Assembly: GCF_001194135.2 (NCBI RefSeq)
Contig: NC_068986.1
Span: 90,743,444 to 90,807,443, forward strand
DNA from: Octopus bimaculoides
Lineage: Eukaryota
Length of the DNA: 64,000 bases
Direction: 5' to 3'
Every line of letters begins with the position of its first letter. Position 1 is the stretch's first letter. A program made the position numbers and the translations under genes. This document shows positions 49,901 to 62,944 of this stretch, one piece after another. The notes below the pieces were generated by a model that saw nothing but the letters and a program-made list of their open reading frames with translations, was not told the origin of the DNA and searched no databases.

Positions 49901-52900
49901 GGGTGTTGGACTGATAAAGACATGAGTTCAATTCCTAGACTGGGCAGTATGCTGCATCCACGATCAAAGCACATCATCTCACATTGCTCCAGTCTATCAT
50001 CATCATCATCATCAGTTTAACATCCATGGCTTTGGGTGGTTTGACAGGAACTGATGAGCCAAAGTTCTGTGCAAAGCTCCAATGTCCATTTGGAATGGTT
50101 TCTATAACTGGATTCCCTTCCTAAAGCCATTTACTTCACAGCATGTACTTGTGTACTTTTTACATGGCACTGGCACTAGTCAGATGAAAATGAATACAGT
50201 TGATTGCTGCTTCAGCCCTCCTTGTCACATCCTTGATATTCTGCTGGATCAAGGTTGAGAAGGAATATGTCTACTCATGACTACATAGGCAGTGAAAACA
50301 ATTTGCCAAAGTGGTACAAACTCCCAGGTTATATTCACTTGTGGATGAGTTAAACCTGTACATGTATACAGCCAAGGATTTCCTTCAAATTACATTATCC
50401 ATACCGCCTTTTTACATAGTTTGCTAGAATAGTCCGTCTCCCTTACATCACTTTATACTAAGTGACAATACTTTGGCTTGCTGGATCAACAATTCATATG
50501 CTGCTACTACAGAAAGGAATACATCAAAATATCCTCAGCCCAGAGAACTATACCTAATGCTTACAACAGTGTGAACACTGCAAAAGCACTCAAGAGCCAT
50601 AGAGTGGTAACTTTGATATTGGTACAAAGCATTTTTTTTTTAATTATGTCAGAATATGAGGGTCCGGTACCTATAGTGTAAATTTGTTCAAATAAATACC
50701 AGTAGACAAAACAGATTCTTGGTCACAATTTTGGAAAGTTTAACGAGGAAATTTGTCATATGAGACATAGTAGGAATGATAAAACAGGTGGGTTTACCTC
50801 TTGCAAAATATCAACTACTTGGCAAAAATGCAGTAACAAATTGGCCAGTTATTCACAAAACGAAATCAATACAAGAGGCTTGGTTTACCTGCTAGATGCA
50901 GACAGAGACACAAAGGTACCAAGAGAGCTCTAAAGAAATGGGTAGACAATATGAGAAAAGATAGGAGGAAAGGAATTAAAGCAGACATAGGATGGGGAGC
51001 TCAGGATTAGAGGGCTTCTTTAGGTATAACATTCAAGCAGGTTCAAAATCTAGAAACATTCAAACTTCCCTTTGATAAAACATTTGAAATATTTAGAGAG
51101 GTGGTGTAGAAGAGGGTGAGATAGAATGAATACAGAGTAACCAGAGACTATTGTGATGATGAAAACCAGAGAAGACAACCTCCTCCACCTTGATATATAA
51201 TTCCCATCACCCTGACAGCTAATTTATAAGAGGACAGCAGTAAAACTGTAATAAACCCTCATCTCAGTCAACTGTTACCATGCTAACCATGAGAATATTA
51301 CACTAAAATGACCAGTCTGTGTTCCCCTAACATTTAATGACATTTAAAAGATGATCTTGCCAATAAATAATTAAACCAAGCTTTTATCCTTTTCATATCC
51401 TCAAAGGAGGTGTGTGTGTATGTACACACATACACACACAAATGCATATATTTGTGTGTGTATGTATTATACATGTATATACTGAAGAGATACTATTTTA
51501 GGTTTGTGCTTTAGTTTTCCCTGAATCCTTGCTTGCTCGCTCTCTCCCCTATACTACAGAGAATGACATGACAAAGAAATACTTAGTTACTCATGAAGGG
51601 ACTTCCAAAATGAACACATCGAGAATGTGTGTCTGAATTCAGAACACAAAGATCCTGTCCAACATTAATAATTCCATAACTGCACCACCCAAGACTGCAG
51701 GACAAATATCATAAAGAACTGTATCCAATGGTTTACTGACTGCCAGTTCATCTGCAAATGCATGGACATACACACACTTGGATTGCATTACCCTACTCAA
51801 TAAAACAGACCAAATATCATGTACATAGTGTTAATGTTTGATTTTGTACAAATGTATGGAAGCCTGTGGCATATAAAAACAAAAATAGCTATAAAGAAAT
51901 TATATATATATATGAGGTTAGGTGTAAATATACTGGCATTCCATTGGTTACAACAAGGATTTCAGTTGATCTGATCAACAGAACAGCCTGTTTGTGAAAT
52001 TAACGTGCATGTGGCTGAGCACTCCACAGACATGTACCCTTAATGTAGTTCTCAGGAAGATTCAGCATGACACAGTGTGACAAGGCTGACCCTTTGAAAT
52101 ACAAGTACAACTCATTTTTGCAAGCTGAGTGAACTGGACAGAGCATTGTCAAGAATTGAACTCTTAACCTTATGATCACGAGCAAATTACCCCAACTACT
52201 AAACCACGCACCTTCACTTAGTTATGAATAGTTAAGAGGAATCATTTTACAGACTTTTACATTGTGTATTTTATAATATTTATAATGTTTTTTTCAATCT
52301 AGTCATCCGTCTTATTACTGGATAGACATGGTTTTAAACTGGATTCAAACCAACTCAGAAACTATTTCTTTACTGAAGACACTAAACTTAGGATAGTTAC
52401 ATGAAGGATCCTAGCTAGAATTCAGTTAATGATGTGTTTGTGTGTGTGTGTGTGTGTGCGTGCACATGCACACACATTGTCCCCCACAAAAATGTGTACA
52501 CACTTTAAAAGCAGATAATTTCCATTGTGGATTTGACCCTTTAGAAATAATGAAGGGAGCCAGACCAAGCTTTGAACAGAGGAAATTTAGTCCTAAAGTA
52601 CTACTGGAAGTTTGAAATACAGTTGAAGTGCAAAAACAGTTTAGGTGGAGTATCAAACAAATCCATCTATGTGACTTCCCATCACTTGAAGTAGAGATAA
52701 GTCAAAAAAGATAGAACTATTTAAAATGTCCCCAAGTAGTATTCCAGAAAATGACCTACACAAAGCAAGAAAGGATACCAGAAATGTATTTCTCGAGTTG
52801 AAGAAAATCTGTGTAACAAGCAAGTCATAGACAAATTTCAAAATCAAGCATTCTGAAGTGCTGTCATTGAAAACTTCTATTCTAAGAGTAGTCCAAGATC

Positions 52901-55900
52901 TCAACAAAGATTATCCAGACAGAAGTGTAGAGTTTTTCAAGTGGTACTTTAGAAGATATGTAGAGGATGCACACTTTCCAACAAAGACTGGAGTAAGGAG
53001 GTTAAATTTAAATTAAATGGCTCAATCAATCATCACAATTGCACTCACTGGGAACTTAAGCATCTGCATACTACAGAGGCATATGTTAATTTATTAGGAT
53101 CTACTGATTTATCAAAAGGATTGGACTTCTTTTTTGTTATGGTACAGTGAATGCTTCCATTAACTTTAACATGTGACAATGTCATGTTGAGCATTCAAGA
53201 AGACATTGAAGATGTAGAGATTTATTTCCAGCAAGATGGGGTACCTGACATGTTCACCAGACCTCATGCCAATAGATTTTTTATGGAAATACTCAAGGGA
53301 TAAAGTTTACAGTACAATCCCAGCAACAGACAAATCAGGAGAAGCCACTGAACAAAAGTGCACAGAGATACCGAACAAAATTTTTCTTGATCTCCACAAT
53401 TCCATCGTTTTATCAACAGTGCCTGGACCAGAACAATCACCAGTTTGAAAACAAACTTCCATTTAAAAAACTGAATTGTCTAGATTCCATTAGATTTCAA
53501 AAATGAAATTCATTTCAATAAACACTGACTTATAGTCATTCAATGTGTGCATACATTTTGGAGGATACTCTGTTTTTATGTGTGTATGTATATATTCACT
53601 TTGTAAGGTGGTTGGTGCCAAGAAGGGCATACTGCCATAAAAACCATGCCAAAACAGACGGTGAAACCCAGTGTAGTCTTCTGCCTAGCCAGCCCTTATC
53701 AATCTGTCCATACCAGAATGGAAAATGGACATTAAATAATAAGAAATAAGACACCTGATTGTAATTGGAGACAAAAATAAATACTGTAAATATACATTTT
53801 GATGAGATTAATAACCTAGAAAATTATAGGGTTGGTCCTAATTTAAATAAAAGGGATTGTAGAAAGATCTCATATTAACAGATTAAAAAAAAACAAAAAA
53901 ACTTAAAACACTAAAGTGGGCCAACTTACCTAGAGAAATTTAGAGTTGCTTGACCTACTAAAAATAGATACATATACTATCAAACCTACACCAACTGATG
54001 GTCATTTCTATCTTCTCTAAACATGTATATAATACAATTAGAGAACATGAATAATTAAGATAGCAGTAATATTTGGAAAAAAATCTAATTCAGTCAACAA
54101 TGCATTCATTCAGTTGTAAGACTTAACAAGGTTCTCTTATTGATTTACGTAACTCATTTCAACACAAGACCAAATATTCATATACAAAATCACTACAACA
54201 AAAAGATATTGTAAAAGTGACATTGAACAATTACTACAAATGAAGATGAAGGATTCTTATTGGAAACATGTAACACAGTCGGCAATAAAAAAAAAAAAGA
54301 AAATAAGGACACAATGGATTGAGCAATTTGGTCTTTTTCATCACAGGACTTATTTGAAGCTGACCTCAGATTAAACAAAGTTGTCACAATCAGAGGATGA
54401 AGAGCCTCAAAGAACTAAGTTTAATTTGTATTCAAATGTAAAACTAGCCACTGGCAAAGTCTGCAAAAGGCCTAGAGGAAAAAGTTGTTTAAACCTTAAA
54501 TCCAAAACAGTTGCTTACCTGTCAACCTGAAAGTAAAAATTTATTTACTACAGGCACTTACAGTTCTCCTCTAGTACTAGAAAGGACCCTGCCCTGATCT
54601 TAGTCTAGATCAAACATTTCAAGGATACTTTAGCAAAACAGTCATCCATCTACCACTTAATCATGAAGGTAATATGGCTTAGAGGTTAGAGTGTTGGGCC
54701 CGTCATCATAAAATTGTGGTTTTGGTTCCTGGACCAGGCAATACATTGTGTTCTTGAGCAAAACACTTCATTCTCATGTTGCTCCAGTCCACTCAGCTGA
54801 CAAAAATGAATAATCCTGCAATGGATTGGCGTCCTGTCCAAATGGGGAACATATAAGCCATGAACCTTGGAAACAGGCCCTTATGAGCCAGTATGACTTG
54901 AAAAGGTAACTTTATTTAATGTACACACTGCCTTTCTAAAAGATCTCAGATCTGGTGTCTATTCACATCAGTTGGCTGAAGTGAAGCTTGATAAAGTCTC
55001 ATAAAAGTGCTTGATAAAGTCTCCTTTCAAGGGATTAAAAACAAACTAGTAATCCATGCCTTATCCAGTAAATCATTTTGCCATAGCTATACTATTATTC
55101 ACAGAATCTAATTTATACAGATTACTGCCTGAATTATAGTACTATAACCAGAAATGTAAATACATTAACTAAGTTGATACACATAAGAGTTACAGCAGGA
55201 AACAAGGGAGAAGGAAGTAGAAATCATGAAACAAATATAATTAACCTTTCAAATTATGCCAACAAGTGTTAAAAAATAAAAACAAACTTCTAAAATACAA
55301 AAATGACATTAACCTATGTGTTTATTATATCATTCTGGGAAGTTATGGTTGTCTACCAGACCTACTGACATTATTATTAAAATAAACTTTTAAGCTATCA
55401 CAAACATATCACACACACTATAAAACATCAATCAGCTAAGTATATTTCATGATTGTGTAGCTAATTCATCTATTTCAATAGAAATAGCAACTTGCTTAAG
55501 CCAACCCTAAATCTCCTGTTAGTGACCCAATATACACTATCCATGCTTAAAATATTGTACTTAAATCAAAATCTAATTTGAAATCTCATTCCATAAAACC
55601 TCAGTAAGTGACAATTTTGTTATAGAATTTTTATTTCAGTTTTTTTTAAAGATCTTACTATTACTAATAATCAAGAAATTCACTTAATTGCTAGAGAAAG
55701 CAGCTCTATCTCCCTCAAATCACATTGCCTTCATAAGATAAAAAAGCAGGGGACACAAACACTGATGAAACATTTTAAATTATAGGTCTCCTAGAGATAC
55801 ACAACCAATAAATTGACCACTGTAGCCCCTAAAATACATGTTGAATGGTCAGAGTTAGAATACTTCTGATTATAGGTCAAACAACAAGAACCTACTCGTA

Positions 55901-56289
55901 AAATCTGTTTTAAAAGAATGGAGACCATAATTGGAAAACTGAGTAAAGAGGTTTTTATACCAAACAGCTAAAACTTTGATGTCAAGAGAGCATTATTTTT
56001 AAAGTTCTCAAGAATAAAGGCACAAAGATAAATGACAAAGCAAGTGTCCAGTAGATCTGTTCTACATAAATCATACCAATTATCACTAAAGGAAAGACTG
56101 AAACTTAAGGAAACAAAGGAGTGATTCTTTATAAATATTTCCATTATCTTTAAGGTGTTGGATGTGAAGGTAGTATACTCCTGCACTACCTTTAAAGATT
56201 GAGTTATGTGAGGGGTGAGAAAGGATATAATTAAGAGAATGGGTTCAGCAACTTACTATGCTACCCAAAATGGACCATAGGAGAAACAT
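41953..56289 (-). CDS. Six-exon gene model: EMI-like domain single-pass type I membrane protein, 303 aa
   Basis: join(56289-56257, 54526-54519, 49694-49569, 49035-48932, 48309-48180, 42463-41953) = 912 nt. All introns are GT-AG, phases match, no internal stop. The last four exons are firm; the first two are less certain. Confidence 0.8.
43790..44210 (+). mobile_element. SINE family C head and body, split by a (TA)n tract and a gap
   Basis: TTCAGTCCCACTGCGTGGCACCTTGGGCAAGTGTCTTCTACTATAGCC; related copies at 16030-16180 (minus) and 63340-63700. Confidence 0.8.
45306..46578 (+). mobile_element. Full-length fossil mariner transposon
   Basis: TIRs AGGTGCATTCCAGAA / TTCTGGAATGCACCT with TA on both sides. 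Fragments KFCIKLGK, AKFVPRVL (WVPR-like), TCDKSWIYFHDPETKRQS, HPPYSQDLALSD (YSPDLAP-like). Stops and frameshifts. Confidence 0.92.
48180..48309 (-). CDS. Transmembrane exon: LAQGSKPLPSIHELSIGTLAAICSASFFIMIILFFIVKAVWK
   Basis: ttttcttgttctgcag| acceptor, |gtaagt donor, 130 nt phase 1-2; hydrophobic stretch followed by a basic KKKRK stop-transfer after splicing. Confidence 0.92.
48932..49035 (-). CDS. EMI-like domain, C-terminal half: TTTCLKRYDQNITIYHTVLDCCPGWAKSDSETCF
   Basis: ttttccactag| acceptor, |gtaagt donor, 104 nt phase 2-1; CCPGW hallmark; NIT glycosylation sequon. Confidence 0.92.
49569..49694 (-). CDS. EMI-like domain, N-terminal half: GRWCQKSVKEEKTREVVERKKCIQKYVTRCGFFSLDSCTFY
   Basis: ttttaatccctttgcag| acceptor, |gtatgt donor, 126 nt phase 2-2, in frame with the next exon. 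Confidence 0.9.
50700..51370 (+). mobile_element. Decayed LINE RT and 3' end fragment
   Basis: Degenerate RT-like peptides with many stops; related debris at ~3000-3250, 24100-24330, 41230-41450 and 63780-64000. Confidence 0.35.
51930..52210 (-). mobile_element. SINE family A, diverged full-length copy
   Basis: Colinear with 23240-23582. Confidence 0.8.
52474..53572 (+). mobile_element. Fossil Tc1/mariner-superfamily transposon
   Basis: Imperfect TIRs TGTCCCCCACAAAAATGTGTACACA / TGTGTGCATACATTTTGGAGGATACTCTG. Fragments NTVEVQKQFRW, DYPDRSVEFFKW, NGSINHHNCTHW, FQQDG, SPDLMPIDF. Confidence 0.85.
54519..54526 (-). CDS. 8-nt microexon GTTGACAG (V-D-S)
   Basis: aaatttttactttcag|GTTGACAG|gtaagc; supplies the phase 0 to 2 shift needed between 56257 and 49694. 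Confidence 0.65.
54665..54900 (+). mobile_element. SINE related to family A (tRNA-like head)
   Basis: TGGCTTAGAGGTTAGAG..GGTTCCTGG head; CCAGTCCACTCAGCTGACAAAAATGA core shared with 51930-52210. Confidence 0.7.
56257..56289 (-). CDS. Candidate first coding exon, signal peptide MFLLWSILGSI
   Basis: ATG with an in-frame TAG just upstream; hydrophobic; |gtaagt phase-0 donor. The signal peptide is short, so the true start may lie on a further exon. Confidence 0.55.
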
Positions 56290-59200
56290 TTGCTGCTATA
56301 ATTGGCATTGAACTTGCAAAGCTGACAAGAAGTATTGAAGTATCAGTGAAATACAACTGAACAGTGCAAGAGGTATTAACATGATTAGGCAAGAATGAGA
56401 CAACAGAGTTGATGTAGAGATTATTATCAGAAGTGAAAAAGATGTCAAGGTTATTTTGAGTGTGGTCTGCCAGGGACATATTTAGTAACTGTAGCTAGTC
56501 ACTAACATAATTCAGAGTGACAAAATATTTAGCCTATGTGCAAGAACTAAGGAGTCATGTATACTGCTAGCAAGATTGGGTCCTTAAGGACATGAAAATT
56601 TCATAACTGCTAGTTATTGAATAAGTTGAACCTAGAATTTGAGAAGTGGGGAAAGTGTTTTATGCATGCATGACCATCACCCTTCAGAAATATAGATTGA
56701 AATATAGATTGCGACATGAATATTTATGTCTCAGAAGAATAAAGAATGTTAAGGGTTAAAACTAAATAGTGCACAACATTGAAACTGACTTTCTATGGTG
56801 CTATAACCAATATATAATCAATGAACTATGAATAAATAACACTTCAAAAGTGCTGCTGCTACTACTAACACAAGCTTACAAAAGCTGGTACCGTTAATTA
56901 AATCAACTACCCCTTCCCACACACACACATATATATATATATACTACCAGCAATACACAGGGTTGAATGAATTCAGCCCAGTGTATTCCTCCTTTGCAAA
57001 GATTGGTCTTGTGCCAAACAAAGAAAAACCACACTTAAACATTAAAATAATGTAATGAGATTAAAACATACTATATGTGTGCATGTGTGTGTGAGAGAGA
57101 GATCATACCTTAAAATTCTTAATTGATAATCTCAGATCAATATTGTAGCAGTTTGCATGGCTATCTTTTAAGACATCATGACTGCACAAATTGAATATAG
57201 GACAGTGCAGCATTCTGGACATTATGCTGGGTCTGCTGGTGCTAGCAATATTCTGCCTGTCTATATCAGAATGTATTTTATATTTTATTAAAAACGATGA
57301 ATCCAACAAAGCACATTTTTGTTAGACTCCTTGTTAAAACATAAATGCTCACACTGAGTATCTTTATTCTAAGCAACCCATGTTCTTATGAACAGGTAAC
57401 CCCAGGACTGTAATATGCTATTATATATATATATATATATATATATCTCAATCCATCCATAGAAACCATGCAAAAGGTGATGACTGGAGCCTGGTACAGC
57501 CCTCTGGCTTGCTACCTCCTGTTAAACTGTCCAACTCACCAGTATAAAAAACAGACATCAAAGGATGATGATGGTGATATATATTTATTGTTTCTGTCAT
57601 TGGATTGTGCCCATGCTGGGACACCACCTTGAATAGCTTAATTGAACAAATCAACCCCAGTACTTGCATTTAAGTCTCGTACTGATTTTATTGATCTTTT
57701 ATCAAAGTCCTAAGTTACAGAGACAAACAAACCAACACCGGTTGTCAGAGAGTGGTGGGGGACAAACACAAAGGAATACATACGCACACACATATATATA
57801 TATACATATATACATGATGAGGACATGTGAAAGCTTGAAAGAAATTAAGCCAGCATGCTCTGGTAGCAGACAATAGGACTGAAACTATGAAGTTAGGAAT
57901 CAAACTTAACCAAAGAGCAATGCTTGTGTGTATATATTTTATCTTTCTCTGGTTTCAGGCATAAGACTGCAGCCATGCTGGGGCACCACTTTGAATTTTA
58001 GTCAAACAAATCAACCCCAGTACTTATTGTTTTGGAGCCTGGTACTTATTCTATCAGTCCCTTTTGCCAAACTGCTAAGTTACAGGGACACAAACACCAG
58101 TTGTCAAGCAATGGTGGGAGACAGAAACAAAGACAAACATGCACATACACACACAATGTTATATCCAATGTATTGCTGTAAAATTGGGCCCCATAAGGTT
58201 TTTATCAGTAGCTTTGTATGAGGCTTGAACCAAAACCTACAGATTTTTTTTTTTAGCCCAACAATATGCAAAAGAGTTTTAGAGGTGACATAACCCTGTA
58301 AATGCAATTTATGTAAGAGGGTAATAAAAGCTGATACAGGACTGATACTGCAGTCCTCAACTGGTACTAGGCTTTCCAATGAAAATCTCATGTAGAAATG
58401 GCATCATAAAATGCACCAAGTCAATACTGTAATATTATTGCCAATTGGAAGGCAATGAGTCATAAGAAAACATCAATTCACAAAAACTAGGAGATTCTTT
58501 GCTGTTTGTGCCAAATGATGAAGGATTGAGACAGGTGATGAAACACTGTGGTACTAATTCAATCAATACACCAGAATGGGAAATACTGCTCTAAACAGAT
58601 ACACATAGTAACTTTATGTGAATGTATATACACATACACATCATCATCGTTTAACGTCCGCTTTCCATGCTAGCATGGGTTGGACGATTTGACTGAGGAC
58701 TGGTGAAACCGGATGGCAACACCAGGCTCCAATCTAATTTGGCAGAGTTTCTTCAGACTAACCATTAAACAATCTAAACACTTGCTTGGGTGCACCAGTC
58801 TTTTCTTCCTAATACTGGATTTATCAGGAAGCAAACGGCAAATAAGTCTTTTCTTTTAAAAAGAAGTATTGACAATTTGCCTTTTAATTGTTACCCTAGT
58901 TTAAAACAATTTGCTTATATTGCTGTTATTAAACAATTCTGTGGTGGCTGACCAAGGGATATTGTTTCCAAACTTCGCTAACTAATGCTTCTCGCCTCCT
59001 TGTCAACATCCCCATTCCCCCAATATTCATATACATACATCTAATATCAGACCAGAGTAATTTAAATCCGGGTTTGACGATGCCGTTGCTATTATAGTCA
59101 ACGCAGTTCACCAAGATAATACACTAAAAAAAAAAAAAAAATTATACATAAGCACAATTTACTTAGTGAGTGCAACACCCAGTTTTCCAAGAGGATGCTC

Positions 59201-59339
59201 AAAGCATTTTCATTGCCTCTGCCCCACCCCAAAAAAGAAAAAAAATTAGAGGACGCACTTGCACCCCCTGTTCCAGAGCCTATGTAATAAGTTAATATTA
59301 TATAGGAGCAAAATCATTTGAGAGCTATCCCATCTCCTT

Positions 59340-59720
59340 CGCTAGAATTTGATCCTGAAAGTGTATGGTTGTGATTCCGCGCACGTGCTTGCATGTGAAA
59401 AGGTTTGCGTATAAACACGCACACGAGTGAGCGAGCGAATAAGGAAGTTAACGCACAGATTGGGGATGGGTCAACTTTCCAGTGTTCCAGTTTTAAGTAG
59501 CTGACAATAAAAGAGAAACGGTCATGTGTTTTGTAAGGAGGATTTTTACCAGATTGAATGTCCTAAGAAATTTGCTGGTTATTGAAGAAATGAGTTGATT
59601 ATGCACAAATAATAAAGAATACTATTTTAAATTTTCATCCACAATTGATTTATCAGTTTTTGTTAAAAATGTTTTTTTTTAAACTTTTTCCGCCCACGCA
59701 CTTCCTTTACTACAAAACTG
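59340..59720. promoter_or_regulatory. CpG-containing candidate promoter/enhancer
   Basis: CCGCGCACGTGC (E-box/NRF1-like), GGAAGT, and CCGCCCACGCACTTCCT (GC-box/ETS-like) in non-repeat DNA ~3 kb upstream of the candidate ATG. Confidence 0.3.
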
Positions 59721-60819
59721 AACACATGCATCCTATCACGGGATTCTGTAACAAGAGCAAAAAAAATAAATAAACAAACAATTAAATGTCATTTCCCCAC
59801 ACACCCGATTCACCTCATACATTTTTCTACATGTACCCTTCGGTATTTAGACAACTTTTAATATATAACGTTACATCTGCTTTGTAACTCAGGTGAAACG
59901 GATGTCTCGTGTAGTTGTTTATAGGAATAAAAGGGAAAATGACTGTAAATCATTGTAGATGTAGCTTTATTTTTCAGACATTTCAACGAGCAATAAAGCG
60001 ACGAAAGGAGAGAGATTAAGTTTGTGACGTAAACATGGAATATGTAAGGTTAATGAGTTAATGAATACTTATTAACTCTCGTTACAGATCATAATGTGAC
60101 AAATACGAGATGAGTCAGCTTCTACGTGGATTTTCGACCTGCTAGAAATAGGTACCAAATCTCTAATTCACACACCACCTATCTTGGAAAAGGACAATGG
60201 ATAAGGTGGTCCTGGGTTCCCTGGACATACGAAATTGACGGGAGGATAACGGCCGGAATTTCTTTGTTTTATCAGAGCTGACCGTGGGTTGAACAACACA
60301 CACTAGTGATCTTTAATGAATATAATTTTGAAAGTTTTTCCTATGTTACAAAGCCACATATTTATGGGGAGGGATGTAGTCGATGGACTAGATTCATTTG
60401 CACTTTATGAGGATAAAAATATACTTCAGAAAATAAAATAAAAAGCTAAACGAACGTCGGCGATGAGACTTTTTTTTTTTTTGTTAATATTAGCAAAGGG
60501 TTACAAATGTGGTGTGTGGTGGAACGGGAGTAGGGGCAGTAAATTCGATTAAACTTTCTCCAGTAAATGCGTTGAGGGGAGAAACTGAATCACTAAACTC
60601 ATACATCAGCACGTGAGAGTGAGTATGCAAAGACACTCCTTAAGAACAGTTCAATGACCGTTAATCATACACCGTATACAAAATCTGCATGATGCAATAT
60701 TCGACACACTGGATAAAAAAACTGGAGGGATTAAAGTCAGTGATTAAGTACAAGGCTACATTTGTGAGAAAGAAAGAGAAAGGAAATGAGAGAAGCGAAT
60801 ATGAAAGTGGTTCGTATAT

Positions 60820-61000
60820 AACTTTTACTCGTTTCAGTCATTGGACTGAGGCTATGTTGGGGCACTGCTTTGAAGGATTTAGTCGAACAGATCGATCCCA
60901 GTACATATATATTTTTCTAATCTGGTACATTCTATCGCTCTCAAACCGGTGTTACGGTGACGTAAACAAACTATCACTGGTTGTTACGCAGTGGTGCCGA
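60820..61000 (+). mobile_element. SINE family C middle module
   Basis: CTCGTTTCAGTCATTGGACTG.GGCTATGTTGGGGCACTGC..; similar modules at 15855-15960, 30380-30545, 57590-57780 and 57950-58150. Confidence 0.75.
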
Positions 61001-62437
61001 AGGGGCAATAGTTAGAAGCACCTTCCCAAGGTTGAAAAGCGAAGATCTTTTCAACACCTAAATTATGAATAAGGAACAGTGAAATACGGAGCTATTTAAG
61101 AAATCATTTTCAAAGAGGGTACAGTGTGACTTGGGTGTTATTTCTACCAGGTTGAACGATTCCTTGAGGATGGGGTAGGGAACTTCACTAGAACCAAGGG
61201 TTAAGTGCAAGAACTTATAGACTATGAGCAAAGCTGAATTTACTATTAAGAAAAATAAGCAGGCAGGTCAACAAATAAAGAAAAAGAGAAGCAGAATATT
61301 TTTCCAGTGTTGAACTTTAGTGCACACACTCAAGCAGTCTTCCTGCAATTTCCATCTGCCAAATTCATTCATATGGTACAGGCTGGCCCAATACTATAGA
61401 AGACACTTATCCAAGATGTCATAATACATCTTTATTTAAAATTCTAAAACAATTTGACACTAAACCGAAGGATTACTAGATACTCTTTAGCAGAGTACAT
61501 GTAAATTTTTACAAAGATGGCAAACAAGCTTAAACTTCGAAGTTATCCTCTCACAGAGAAGATAAAACTTTGTGAGGAATGGTGATATGCGGTGCTTAAG
61601 AAAATCCTGCCAGCTATGCTAGCATGGGAAAACTGAGGTTCTGAAAGCATAATGCGTGTGCACACAACAGTCAAGCTTGCACCTTTTTCTTATATATCAT
61701 CATTTAGCGTCTGTTGTCCATGCTGACATGAGTTGGCCAGTTTGACTGGGCTGGCATGCTAGAAGGTTGCACCAGAATCCAGTCTGATTTGGCATGGTTT
61801 TCTACAGCCGAGTGCTCTTCCTAATGCCAACCACTCCAAGAGTGTAATGGATGCTTTTACGCACCACTGGAATAGGTACCATTTGCATGACACTAGGGTG
61901 CATTTACATGCCACCAGTACAGATGTCAATTTGCGTCACTTATCTGCTACAACTGCAATTTTGCGCAGTTCAATAGGTCTTCTCTAGCACAACATAATGC
62001 CAAAGGTCTTGGTCATTGCCTCCAAGAGGTCCCCATGCTTGAAACGAACTCAGCCACTTCGCCTCTGTGAGGCCCAACATTCAAAAGATGTTCTTTACGT
62101 GCCACCAACACAGCTGCACATGGCTTGTCAGGTCCTCTCAAGCACAGTACATCACTAAAGGTCTCAGTCAGCAGTCACTGCCTCTGTAGGGCTCAATGTT
62201 TGAAGATCATGCTTCACAACCTTGTCCCTTGTCCTCCTGTGTCTACCTCTACCACAGGTTACCTCCACAAATTATTCTCAGATTACAATAATAGTTAGCT
62301 ACTTTTCGTGCATTTGAAAACATTGAAATTTAAAGAGTATAGAAGATTACATAATTCAAATGAAATTCATAGACGGAATACAATCAGTTGAATATCATGT
62401 AAATCATTAAAAAAAAATCTTCAATCAAAACTTAATA

Positions 62438-62703
62438 CAGTGGAAGTTCAGTTTAACAAATACCTCTCAACATGAGCAAATCGGTTTGTGAACAATTTTT
62501 TAAACACAAATATTTCAGGTGATGAACAGTGTCTCGAGTAACGAACATGCAAGCTGGCAACGACAGTTGGTGATAAGCTGGGAGTATCAAAGGGAGATAG
62601 TTCCTGCTGAGGTTCTACTATGGGGAAAAATAATTTTGGTTTATTAACATTTCAGGTGAAAAAGCCTTCGGGTAAAATTTAAATTTGTTAACAGGTTCCA
62701 CTG
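62438..62703. mobile_element. Tigger/pogo-type MITE
   Basis: TA|CAGTGGAA..TTAACAAAT and ATTTGTTAAC..TTCCACTG|TA inverted ends; ~266 bp. Confidence 0.75.
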
Positions 62704-62944
62704 TACAGGCATTGAATTTATACAATAGCATGAAATGATTTCTAAATTTCAAATAACCAAATTGAAAACACAAATATTAGGGTGGCCTTGATATTGCGAC
62801 ATGTTGATAAAAGAATAAACCTGGTTCTAAGCATTGTTTTAGTGGATATAAGCATAACCCATCAAAATATCCAGTCAGTGGTTAAGTAAATTAAATTTAA
62901 TATAAACATTTATTTTCAAGCAGTTTGTAAATCCACAAAAGCAG

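Noticed and set aside
59860-59981. ATG-initiated minus-strand ORF as first coding exon
   Set aside because: The first ATG hits a stop after four codons; the second gives a short non-hydrophobic peptide with an incompatible donor phase.
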